A DNA stretch of 57,828 bases, taken from positions 1 through 57,828 of the IMG/VR virus record IMGVR_UViG_3300049795_000023. The stretch is one strand, 5' to 3'. The notes under the pieces are model-generated. The model searched no databases. It was not told where the DNA came from and saw nothing but the letters and a program-made list of their open reading frames with translations. This stretch comes from a virus. Taxonomy: Duplodnaviria > Caudoviricetes. Both the position numbers and the translations under genes were made by a program. Position 1 is the first letter of the stretch. Each line of letters begins with the position of its first letter. Positions 1 to 8,540 of the stretch are shown piece after piece.

Positions 1-162
1 CAGCGCCGGGCGCCAGCTGGCTGGAGTTCAGCGCCGGGCGCCAGCAGGACAGCGCCGGGCGCCAGCTGGCTGGAGTTCAGCGCCGGGCGCCAGCAGGACA
101 GCGCCGGGCGCCAGCTGGCTGGAGTTCAGCGCCGGGCGCCAGCTGGCTGGAGTTCAGCGCCG
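1..162. repeat. GC-rich tandem repeat of 28-bp unit A (CAGCGCCGGGCGCCAGCTGGCTGGAGTT) and 21-bp unit B (CAGCGCCGGGCGCCAGCAGGA); order A-B-A-B-A-A-partial
   Basis: Read directly; continues the array at 57625-57828 across the contig junction. Confidence 0.97.
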
Positions 163-206
163 GTGGGCAGGCGAATGAAAGTGAGCGCTCTTTAACCAAA
201 AATCCC

Positions 207-229
207 GCATTATGAAAATTTCATAATGC
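207..229. promoter_or_regulatory. 23-bp palindrome, operator-like
   Basis: GCATTATGAAA-A-TTTCATAATGC, perfect 11-bp arms in an AT-rich non-coding region. Confidence 0.55.
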
Positions 230-575
230 AAAATTATCATTTACCTGATTTCTAACGGCCTGATTTCTCGTTTAGATGCGTTCGTCTGGCCAGGTCGCTG
301 CGCCGAGCGAGAGTTAAACGAAAAATCACGATCTAAACGAAAATTCATATCGCTATAAATCTGAAAAGCGATCCTGTTCAAAATTTTTGAAATCTTCTAG
401 CGCTTAATCTAAAATTCGCCCTGTCATAAATTTCACAATGAAAACGCACAGACATCTAAACGAAAAATCACTAGGCTAAACAAATAATCATGTGTGATTT
501 TTCGTTTGCAATGTAGATTTTTAAGCCGTATCACGCTAAACTTCAAGACACCACTCTTCAACGAAGGAACCAATC

Positions 576-953
576 GTGGACATTAACGAGGAAATGCAGG
601 CGGGCATGCAGAAGCTGATAGCCGACTACCCGGTCGACGCTGTGATGTCGGTGTCAATGGTGAACCTGGTCGTTCAGACAAGCATGCGATTCGCAAAGGA
701 TGTTGGTGACCCCACCCTGATCAGCGCAACGCTGACGGCACATCATCACGTCATAAGCAACGCCATCACAAACGCAAGTCTGCACGGGTGTTCTCCAGAC
801 CTATACACCAAGTGCTTCGCTGCGTTCGTCAAGTACAAAGAGTCAATTCAATTTCTGTCACAAGTACCAGACGATTGTGATGTTCACGCAGAGCTGATGA
901 AGCACGCGTCAAGGTTCGGCAATGCAGGCAAGCCCTCATCGGGACAGGTGTAG
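576..953 (+). CDS. hypothetical protein (125 aa)
   Basis: GTG start preceded by AAGGA RBS; no recognisable motif. Confidence 0.65.
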   Translation: MDINEEMQAGMQKLIADYPVDAVMSVSMVNLVVQTSMRFAKDVGDPTLISATLTAHHHVISNAITNASLHGCSPDLYTKCFAAFVKYKESIQFLSQVPDDCDVHAELMKHASRFGNAGKPSSGQV

Positions 954-1087
954 TTCGAGCAGGCCGGATGCTTGCATCTTGGCCAGGGTTGGGCCCGGCA
1001 AGCGCTGTACACCACCGGCGCTCATAGGCAAAAGACACCGGGCCTGAGCCGGTCACCGAGCGCAGCAGAGCACCACGAAAAGCAGGT

Positions 1088-1170
1088 CTAAACGAAAATA
1101 TCAAGCTAAACGAAAAGATCAAGCTAAACGAAAAGATCAAGCTAAACGAAAAGATCAAGCTAAACGAAAA
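1088..1170. repeat. 18-bp tandem repeat CTAAACGAAAAGATCAAG, about 4.6 copies (iteron-like)
   Basis: Read directly; core CTAAACGAAAA also dispersed at ~260-510. Confidence 0.95.
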
Positions 1171-1174
1171 CTTA

Positions 1175-1771
1175 CTACCAAGCCGGCCGTTTGCCACGAA
1201 CGACCGGCTTTTTAACTTTCAGTCCTGAATTTCCGTTAAGACCCCGGGTTTCCTGGGTGGGTTTTCCTGGGGACTTTTGAATGGTAGATTCAGGGGGTGG
1301 GTTTTCCTGGGGACTTCCATTTGAAATTTCGTCATAGCCAGCCTCATCTTCAAACGTCATTGGCAGCATTCCCATCTTTTCAGCCCGTTTCTGGAGCTTG
1401 TATACGTGTGTCTGTGCCATTCCAGATATCCTACCCACCTCTACCCTACCCCAGCCTTCTTTCAGCATGCCCACGATCATCCTGTCACGTCTGTCATTCT
1501 CTCGCTGGATGTTCATCCCGATCCAAACCCGCCGAACGCTGCCTTTATCTCCCGTTTGGAATGTTCCCAAAGCTTCATGTCTATCCATCCATTTGACCAG
1601 GTGGGCCGCCGCCGGCATTCCGATGATTTGCGCAATAGGGTGGGTTTCGTGTATGACTTCTGGTATGAACAATCGAGCGCCTCCAAACCAATCAACTAGG
1701 CTGTTTGTGGCTGTGTATCCGATCTCATTGGCTAATTCTTCCAAAAGACCATATTTTAAACGAGAACTCAT
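1175..1771 (-). CDS. Mor/C-like transcription activator (putative late-gene activator)
   Basis: LEELANEIG...LVDWFGGARLFIP pattern typical of Mu Mor/C family, RDRMI plus C-terminal HTH; GGAG RBS. Confidence 0.7.
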   Translation of the reverse strand: MSSRLKYGLLEELANEIGYTATNSLVDWFGGARLFIPEVIHETHPIAQIIGMPAAAHLVKWMDRHEALGTFQTGDKGSVRRVWIGMNIQRENDRRDRMIVGMLKEGWGRVEVGRISGMAQTHVYKLQKRAEKMGMLPMTFEDEAGYDEISNGSPQENPPPESTIQKSPGKPTQETRGLNGNSGLKVKKPVVRGKRPAW

Positions 1772-1793
1772 GTTTTGATCTCCTACATTCGTT

Positions 1794-1908
1794 TCTAGAA
1801 TTGCTGACGCATCTGACGCATTTTCGCCTTTTTCCCTTTAGCATCGACGCGTATTAGCTTCCAAACTTAAAAACCCCATATTGCGTCAGATGCGTCAGCA
1901 ATTCTAGA
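1794..1908. repeat. Perfect 27-bp inverted repeat (1794-1820 / 1882-1908) with internal CTGACGCA direct repeats; candidate replication origin
   Basis: TCTAGAATTGCTGACGCATCTGACGCA and its exact reverse complement, just downstream of the primase-helicase gene. Confidence 0.85.
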
Positions 1909-1984
1909 TCCGTCAATGTAATACATAGGAACTTTAAGGGTTATCCCTACCTAAATTAAAATCACTGCGCTATCGCTAAATGAC

Positions 1985-4555
1985 TCAATCAAAAGCGTCA
2001 ATGACTGATTTTTCCGTTTGACCACCATCGCGTAAACGGATACCTCTACGCAAACGAGTACCGTCACTGTCTCTAGCTGCAGGGAAGCGACTGTCTAATT
2101 TTCGGCTTAGGGAAGTGGCGTTCTTTATGTAGGTTAACAGCCCGCGTTCCTTAGCGAAAAATTCCCATGATTTCCACAGATTGTTTGATCTTTCCATATA
2201 GCCTTCCCCAACGTCACAGCACTCATCCAGCCATTCAGCAAGCAGGTCCATGTCTGACCGATAGGCTTCACGAGCAGCCTTAACGCAGGATGGCTGGGCC
2301 AGGCCCTGGCCAAAGTAAAGCATCGCCCCCTCTACGCACCAGGCTAGGACCCCTTCAAGCTCTCCTGCAAGCTTTGATTCACGATCTGGATCTTTTGCAA
2401 TCCATATGTCGGATTCAAAGTTCCTCAAGAAGGGAATCAGCGTCAAGCGCCGCCATATGCCGGTGTCCGATCCCTTGACGATTGGCTTGTGATTTGTGGG
2501 TAAGAAAACGACCCATGACGGCATGATCTCGATCGACGCCAGCGCGTGCACCCCGCGGGCCGTGATCGCATCGCCCCCGGACATGCTCTTCACAGCCCCT
2601 TCCCGCAATTCGCCGTTCTCATCCGGCTCGTTCACATAGACCATGCGCGCTCCCTTGAGCCTGACCAGGTCTTCCCTTGGGCCACCGGCCGACGCCCCCA
2701 TCTTGCTATCGGCGACAAACGTACCGGCCTCCGCCGCCCGGGCGTAGCTCCCGAACATCCGGCGAATGATCCCAAGCACCGTGCTCTTTCCGTTCGATCC
2801 ATTGCCGTGCGGAATCACCATCATGTCGAGCGTCGGATCGCCCATTGCGGTGTAGCCGATCAGCCTCTGGAAGAAGTCCACCAGCTCCATGTCATTTGAG
2901 AAAACATCCAGTAGCGTCTGCTTCCACAGCTTCGCCTCAGCGGCAGCCCCTGGCCGGTAATTGGTGCTGCAGCATTTCGTAATTCGCAGACTCGGGTCGG
3001 GTACACGCAGCTCGCCAGTACGCAGATCCACCACGCCGTTTTGCACACAGAGCAGGCCGGGTTTCTGATCGAGATTTTCCGCAGGCACCATGACCCTGGG
3101 GTCCGATACGGCCAGGGCGATCATGTTGTGCACCATGCGTACCTGCTGACACAACGCGCAGAACTCAAAGAACGCTCCCGCGTCCCGGTGCTGCCCGGCT
3201 TCTTTCGGCAATTCGCGAATTGTCTCCTTCGCGTACCACTCGATCTCAACGCGCGTGGTAGCTCGCCAATACACCCCCGTCCAGACATGCCATTGCGCCA
3301 TCTCGGGTACATACATCAAGGTGCTACCCCACTGGTCAAGCATCCTCTCCATCATCCCGAATTCGGTCAGTGGCCTGGCCATCCGCACGACGGGGATGTG
3401 AACTTCAGGCGGCGCAATCAGCTTGCGGATCTGCCCGAGCGGAAGCTTGATATTCAGATTCCAGAATCGGTCTTTAAGATCGGCGGCGAGCGCTTCACGC
3501 TCGATGTCGGTCAGCCGATCGTCGCGCGCTATCTCTGCGCAGACCTTCTCACGTAATTCGAAATCATCGACAGCAGCGACGACACGCGCTTTCCACTCGC
3601 GCAGTCCTTCATAACGTGCAGCAACCTGAGCGACCTTACCATGCTTGAGCAAATAAGCTGCAGTGATCGGGCGACCGCGGAAGCGCCCGAAGCCGGACCA
3701 TTTGGTATCGACAACATCGTCTCCAACATACGCATTTGACTTGCCATCTGGGCCAGTCGTATACCGCTTGGACCATTCGCGCCAGATTTCAAGAGATGCC
3801 GCACTTCCCCCGAACTCGTGATGTAGTGCCTGACCTGCCCAAATCCACTCTTGATAGGAGCAGTTCGGGTCCATCGCCCCGAGCATCGCGGTTGCTTGTT
3901 CAATTGATAGACCGATGGGAGGCGAAGCGATCCAGTTTTCGTCGTTTGCGGAACTGCCGCCCGTGGACGAGCCCTGGCCAAAGTAGTTTTCATAAAGTCG
4001 CCTGATCGTGTCGTTTAGAGGTGCTACCTGTCGGTCCCAGCCCCAGGCCGACCAGCCGGGCAGCACGTTGCCGGTGACGGTCAGGTATCCGCTGCCATGG
4101 AAGACCTCCAGCGATACCTCGGCCTTGATGTCCTTGCGGTCGGGCAGCGACCCCAGGAAGAAGGCCCGCACCCCGCTGCCGCTGGGCGAGAACTCAGCGT
4201 AGGTGCCTTGCAGCACGCCCAGTACCCGCGGATCGACGACGCCGTCAAGCACGCAATCATCGAAATCGAGCCCGACGATTCCATTGCTGGCGATCATGGC
4301 CAGGCCAACGCCGGTGTACTTGTTCCGGCTCGATACCACAGCGCAGGCGCGGTCCAGGCTTACCAATGAGCCCAGGTCTTCAGGCGTGCCCTGGCCGCCT
4401 TCGCGCACTTTGCCAGAAGCGTAATAAGGGATCTTGGGGGGCTTGCGGCCGGGTTCTGCTGGCATCAATCGCCAGACCAGCCAGGTGGGTAGTTTGGCCA
4501 GGGCCTGCGGCAGCGCAGGGGCGTGGAATGAATGGTTAAGTGGAATTCCGCTCAC
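1985..4555 (-). CDS. DNA primase/helicase (AEP-like N-terminus, PriCT-2, D5/P4-type SF3 helicase)
   Basis: GLDFDDC and EFSPSGSG primase motifs, YQEWIWAGQALH (PriCT-2), Walker A GNGSNGKST, PTNHKP and WRRL; start moved to GTG 4555 after a GGAG RBS (ORF track gives 4603). Confidence 0.92.
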   Translation of the reverse strand: MSGIPLNHSFHAPALPQALAKLPTWLVWRLMPAEPGRKPPKIPYYASGKVREGGQGTPEDLGSLVSLDRACAVVSSRNKYTGVGLAMIASNGIVGLDFDDCVLDGVVDPRVLGVLQGTYAEFSPSGSGVRAFFLGSLPDRKDIKAEVSLEVFHGSGYLTVTGNVLPGWSAWGWDRQVAPLNDTIRRLYENYFGQGSSTGGSSANDENWIASPPIGLSIEQATAMLGAMDPNCSYQEWIWAGQALHHEFGGSAASLEIWREWSKRYTTGPDGKSNAYVGDDVVDTKWSGFGRFRGRPITAAYLLKHGKVAQVAARYEGLREWKARVVAAVDDFELREKVCAEIARDDRLTDIEREALAADLKDRFWNLNIKLPLGQIRKLIAPPEVHIPVVRMARPLTEFGMMERMLDQWGSTLMYVPEMAQWHVWTGVYWRATTRVEIEWYAKETIRELPKEAGQHRDAGAFFEFCALCQQVRMVHNMIALAVSDPRVMVPAENLDQKPGLLCVQNGVVDLRTGELRVPDPSLRITKCCSTNYRPGAAAEAKLWKQTLLDVFSNDMELVDFFQRLIGYTAMGDPTLDMMVIPHGNGSNGKSTVLGIIRRMFGSYARAAEAGTFVADSKMGASAGGPREDLVRLKGARMVYVNEPDENGELREGAVKSMSGGDAITARGVHALASIEIMPSWVVFLPTNHKPIVKGSDTGIWRRLTLIPFLRNFESDIWIAKDPDRESKLAGELEGVLAWCVEGAMLYFGQGLAQPSCVKAAREAYRSDMDLLAEWLDECCDVGEGYMERSNNLWKSWEFFAKERGLLTYIKNATSLSRKLDSRFPAARDSDGTRLRRGIRLRDGGQTEKSVIDAFD

Positions 4556-4559
4556 GGTG

Positions 4560-5060
4560 TCAGCTCCCGATCGACGAATTAGCTCCTTTGTCGTCACGAT
4601 CATCTACAAGCGCACCCGCAAGATCTGGCAATTTCAATTGTTCATCGACATGATATTTGTCCCTGCGGCCGCGCGCCCACGTCAGCGGCTCATAACGCCA
4701 GGATCTCGGATTCCACCGTTTAGGCAGCCGGGTGCACGGCACCATTGCGCCTTCGTACACGCTGCCGGCGACACCGATCTGCATGAACGCGACGGGGTCG
4801 CCCGGATCACGCTTGCGGTCCCGGATCTGTTTTGACGCTTCCGAAGACAATTTCGGATCGAGAGCACAAGCCTGTGCCCAGCGGAGCAGCTTGGCCACAG
4901 CGCTCGAAGCAAGATCATCAGGGCCTAGGCCACCTAGCCCTACTGACACCAGCGCATTGTCAACGGCATCCCGCCATGCGTCGTCGGGACAATTTGAGTT
5001 CTGCGCAGTCGGGCGCTGGGCGCGGATGCGTTTCTGGTCTGTACACATGGCAGTAGTCAA
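4560..5060 (-). CDS. hypothetical protein
   Basis: Co-oriented ORF abutting the primase start; start uncertain. Confidence 0.6.
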   Translation of the reverse strand: MTTAMCTDQKRIRAQRPTAQNSNCPDDAWRDAVDNALVSVGLGGLGPDDLASSAVAKLLRWAQACALDPKLSSEASKQIRDRKRDPGDPVAFMQIGVAGSVYEGAMVPCTRLPKRWNPRSWRYEPLTWARGRRDKYHVDEQLKLPDLAGALVDDRDDKGANSSIGS

Positions 5061-5225
5061 TCGTCTAAGTGGTTGGTCCGTATAGACTATCAGGAACTAG
5101 GGGAGGCGCTGCGAACTTTCTTACAGCGCACCCCTTGAGTCTTGTGCTATTCACGCGCGGGCGTGTACACATGCACATACGCGCACCGGCGCGCGCCTAC
5201 GTTCCAGTATGCAAATACGGAACGC

Positions 5226-5257
5226 CAAAAGAAAAGCGCCCGACGAATCGGGCGCTT
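5226..5257 (-). terminator. Rho-independent terminator
   Basis: Minus strand AAGCGCCCGA-TTCG-TCGGGCGCTT followed by TTCTTTT. Confidence 0.85.
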
Positions 5258-5425
5258 CCTCTTCAGAATTCCGCTTTCGCGAGGGGTCTGTCGCCACCCC
5301 TTCCTTCACGCCGGCATCATCGGCTTGCTAGAGCGAGCCTGTTCACCTACCCACTACTACCCAACACCACTACCGTAACAGACCGGCCTAGCTGCGAACG
5401 CGCAGGCGTGAAGCACCGCCTAAGG
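5258..5425 (-). ncRNA. candidate structured RNA
   Basis: 9-bp closing stem, several internal hairpins, GCGA and GAAA tetraloops, ending in a terminator; no covariation evidence available. Confidence 0.4.
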
Positions 5426-5426
5426 C

Positions 5427-6071
5427 TCAGGCTGTGTTGCGCCCGTCGTTGCCAGCGCCACTATCACCGCCAACCACACTACCGGCGCTAAAAGCACCGC
5501 CAGTAAGGTCAACATCAGCACCAGCCGACCCGAGCGCCCCTTCCCAGGGAGTCGGCGTAGCGGCGGGCGCTGCGCTTTCGGTGTTTCCAGTCGTGTCAGA
5601 AGCCGGGGCAGCAGGTACGCCTCCAAGCTCACCCTGGCCAGGTTGCGGCGCCGGTGCGTCGTCGTTCAGATCGTCGACTTCCTGCAGCTTGTTCAGGGCG
5701 CCCTGCAACTGGCCGCCGGCCGTGCTCAGCGTCTCACGCATGGTCTGGATGCTCCTGCCATGCGCGTTGATGGCCTGAACGATGTCGCTGGGAATCGCAT
5801 CGCCGGACTGACTGATCTTGTCCTTGATGATTCGCACTTCTTCGTAGACCTTGCTCAGCTGGCTGCCCATGCTGCCGATCGTCGTGCCCATCGTATTCAG
5901 CACTGTGTTTGCGTCTTCCAGCAGTGCGTTTTGATCTGCCAACTTCTGTTTCGTGTCGTCGAGTTCACTCAAGATTTTCTCCAGTAAGGGTTTTAGGCGT
6001 TTCAAGGTACCGGCGCCCCCGAAGTTGAAAACAGCATCGCCGGCAATCTCAAATTTAACGGTGTCACTCAT
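5427..6071 (-). CDS. coiled-coil protein with disordered acidic Gly/Ala tail
   Basis: Heptad-rich helix then low-complexity tail; ATG 6071 has GGAG RBS. Confidence 0.75.
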   Translation of the reverse strand: MSDTVKFEIAGDAVFNFGGAGTLKRLKPLLEKILSELDDTKQKLADQNALLEDANTVLNTMGTTIGSMGSQLSKVYEEVRIIKDKISQSGDAIPSDIVQAINAHGRSIQTMRETLSTAGGQLQGALNKLQEVDDLNDDAPAPQPGQGELGGVPAAPASDTTGNTESAAPAATPTPWEGALGSAGADVDLTGGAFSAGSVVGGDSGAGNDGRNTA

Positions 6072-6144
6072 GGTACAGAACTCCGGGGTAGATGGCGGCA
6101 CGTAGTGTGCCACAGCCTGCTGAATCTGGGGTATCAAATTCGCT

Positions 6145-6528
6145 TTACGCAGCGAACGTCCCGGGTAGAGGCGCGCGGTAGTTGTTACCGATTACAGTTT
6201 CGTTCGTATTGCGAACCGTCAGGCATTCGCGACAGAAATAGCGATCGAAGTAGACCCGCTCCTTCGCGCTGCTACCTGGCACGTCGTGGCCATCCTTGTA
6301 ATAGCGTCCCTGCCAGGCCCACATATGGCCGAAATTGCCAACAGGACCGCAGTGCTCGACTTCCGGCATAACCGCAATCGCATAGTCGTAGAAGCCAACT
6401 TCGTTATCGTGCTGTTTCAATTCGATAAGCAGCGCAGCGTTTTCGCTATTCTGCATGGCATCTGTTACTGCAGCCCGGAACTCGATCCAGCAGGCCGCTT
6501 GTTGAGTAGACAAAATAGTGTGTTTCAT
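6145..6528 (-). CDS. hypothetical protein (Cys/His, possible Zn-binding)
   Basis: ATGA-coupled to upstream gene; C...H and CREC residues. Confidence 0.7.
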   Translation of the reverse strand: MKHTILSTQQAACWIEFRAAVTDAMQNSENAALLIELKQHDNEVGFYDYAIAVMPEVEHCGPVGNFGHMWAWQGRYYKDGHDVPGSSAKERVYFDRYFCRECLTVRNTNETVIGNNYRAPLPGTFAA

Positions 6529-6893
6529 GCCATCTCTCCACCCAACCACTCGCCCATGTCAAAGACAAACCAGACTTTCGATTCGTCCGGTGTCATCACG
6601 CTGCAGACGAACTCGCCAGCATCGTCAGGAAGCGTTTCGCCTACGCCAGCCATCCACAAATAGCGCGTGCAAATCGGAGCACTCGGATCGACGCTGGCCC
6701 ACAGGTAAAGACTGCCGCGCAGAACGCCAATTCCGAGGATCTTTGCGCCTTTCTGAATCCTGATTTCAGGGTCTTCGCGAAACCAGAATTCAACCTGCTT
6801 GATGCAACGCACGTTGCTTGGTGGTATCAGGAACGGCTCAGCCGCGTCTGACAGCTGCCCAGGATCAAAAAGAGAATCTACATTATCGGGCAT
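6525..6893 (-). CDS. conserved small phage beta-protein of unknown function
   Basis: LYLWASVDP...GVGETLP...VWFVF pattern common in phage hypothetical proteins. Confidence 0.7.
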   Translation of the reverse strand: MPDNVDSLFDPGQLSDAAEPFLIPPSNVRCIKQVEFWFREDPEIRIQKGAKILGIGVLRGSLYLWASVDPSAPICTRYLWMAGVGETLPDDAGEFVCSVMTPDESKVWFVFDMGEWLGGEMA

Positions 6894-6894
6894 T

Positions 6895-7158
6895 TCATGT
6901 TCCTTTCGGTGATGCGATCATCGCGATTTGACGCGCGCTGATGAGTGGTAGCCGCCCTCCTGTCTCATCGTGCATTATTCGGAATGCGTCCTCCATCTGG
7001 AAGGCACGGCGCGCGGACGGGCAGCCTCGATAGCTGCTAGCGATCTGGTAGAGGTAGGTGGGAGTTTTGCAGCCAATCAGCTCGGCTGCACGCTTACGCT
7101 CCGCGGTGCTGGCCAGGCGCAGCCAGTCAGCAAGCGGATTGTGATGTTCGGCTGCCAC
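6895..7158 (-). CDS. Cro-like HTH DNA-binding protein
   Basis: AAELIGCKTPTYLYQIASSYR helix-turn-helix pattern, 87 aa. Confidence 0.65.
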   Translation of the reverse strand: MAAEHHNPLADWLRLASTAERKRAAELIGCKTPTYLYQIASSYRGCPSARRAFQMEDAFRIMHDETGGRLPLISARQIAMIASPKGT

Positions 7159-7173
7159 GCTCAGAGCACCAGT

Positions 7174-7518
7174 TCAATGCGGGACATCTCCCGCTCCAGG
7201 TACGTTGAGCCCGACCGCACGCAGCAAAGCCTCACCTGCTGAATTGATGGATGCGCTGTCCTGTATCATTCTTTTCAGAAAATACATGGCCGCGTGATCT
7301 TCATAAGCACCCAGTTCTGTCATGGCGCCAACGCCTGCCTTGAAGCCTGCGAAGAACACTGCAGCAGCGATTGCCTTTTCGCGGTCGGGGAGCTGTTCAA
7401 TGCCGACGCCTTCGCTGTAAGTTTTCCAGCGAGATGCGATGCTATCGAACTCGGGAGACGGGGTCTTGGCCGCAGCGTCAGCCGGTGAGGTAGGCTGCTT
7501 TTTCGTTTCGTCGTTCAT
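7174..7518 (-). CDS. hypothetical protein
   Basis: GGAG RBS before ATG 7518 (ORF track extends to 7677). Confidence 0.65.
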   Translation of the reverse strand: MNDETKKQPTSPADAAAKTPSPEFDSIASRWKTYSEGVGIEQLPDREKAIAAAVFFAGFKAGVGAMTELGAYEDHAAMYFLKRMIQDSASINSAGEALLRAVGLNVPGAGDVPH

Positions 7519-7697
7519 GATTACTTTCTCCAATTGATTACTTGTGCAAGCTGCTCGACCGCAGCTTGCGCATCCATTTTCTGAATCGTCGCAGTCGACA
7601 CCTTCTATCATGTCGTCCTGCGCCCGGTACTGCATGTCACGCTCTTGAGACATGATTTCTAGCCCCTGGTCAAGCATCGGGCGTCAGGCGTCAAACA

Positions 7698-8540
7698 TCA
7701 GGCGTCTGGCATGAGGTGTTCAAAACGGCCGTCGTAGAAGTCGTCATGAGACATAGCCCAAACCTGGCCACTGCCCTCGGATCTGTAAATGACGACCGAC
7801 TTCTTCTCGTCAGCGGGGTACTTGGCCAGGGTCATGTACACGAAGGTTTTGCCGGTATCGCGATGCCTGAACCTGGCACAGCGGTTAGGTGCAGCACTCT
7901 CAAGCGCGGCGCCAAGCTTTCGCAGCGCCGGTAAGCGCTCCTCCGGCTTATCCCTCGCCCACAGTACGACGCGTTCTGCAAATTTGAAAACGCCGATGTC
8001 GGACAGACCTACTTTGTTGTAATACTGGTAGATAGCTTCGGCAAGAAAGCCTTCTGCTTCGCTGCGGAGTGCTGGGAACCAGTCATTAGGGTCGCCATCG
8101 TCCTCGCCATGAGTCTTGAGTTCGGTCACGCCGACAGTTGGCACATCTGCTGGGCGCCAAATGAAGCCGCAGCGAGTGCACAAATGGCTCGTGTGCAGCC
8201 TGAAATCCGCGTCGTCAATGTGCTGGATGTAGCACATCGGACAATGCAGAATCATCGGTATGGACTCGATGATGTCCTTCGTCAGGTCAACATCGACCGG
8301 CGCCACAGCAGTTGGGGCTTCGTTAACGCTGCGCCACGTCTGCAAGGCGCGCAACACGCCGCGATCGAACGCATTGCGTGTACCGAAATCTGCTGCGGAC
8401 TCGACGAAGCGCTCAACGCTGTTGATATGTCCCTGTTCCATCAGGCTTTTTGCCCAGTCGTACCCGGCTCGTTCCTCCTGACGCTTGTAGCGTTCGTCCC
8501 ACTCACCGTACCAGCGTTTCAGCAATTCAAACATGATCAA
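7698..8540 (-). CDS. multi-module hypothetical protein (Zn-ribbon plus DUF1653-like C-terminus)
   Basis: HCPMC...HLCTRC; RFRH...VIYRS...VWAM..DDF.DGRF. Confidence 0.7.
   Translation of the reverse strand: MIMFELLKRWYGEWDERYKRQEERAGYDWAKSLMEQGHINSVERFVESAADFGTRNAFDRGVLRALQTWRSVNEAPTAVAPVDVDLTKDIIESIPMILHCPMCYIQHIDDADFRLHTSHLCTRCGFIWRPADVPTVGVTELKTHGEDDGDPNDWFPALRSEAEGFLAEAIYQYYNKVGLSDIGVFKFAERVVLWARDKPEERLPALRKLGAALESAAPNRCARFRHRDTGKTFVYMTLAKYPADEKKSVVIYRSEGSGQVWAMSHDDFYDGRFEHLMPDA

Noticed and set aside
1-127. 127-bp identity of the contig ends as a physical terminal repeat
   Set aside because: Length equals a common assembly k-mer, it lies inside a tandem array, and a cos-type terminase and cos candidate lie elsewhere
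829-1197. ORF with FSFSLI repeats
   Set aside because: Translation of the 18-bp DNA repeat; overlaps better-supported genes
1255-1316. Repeated GGGTGGGTTTTCCTGGGGACTT-like stretch
   Set aside because: Short local duplication in the disordered tail of the Mor-like gene; no evidence of separate function
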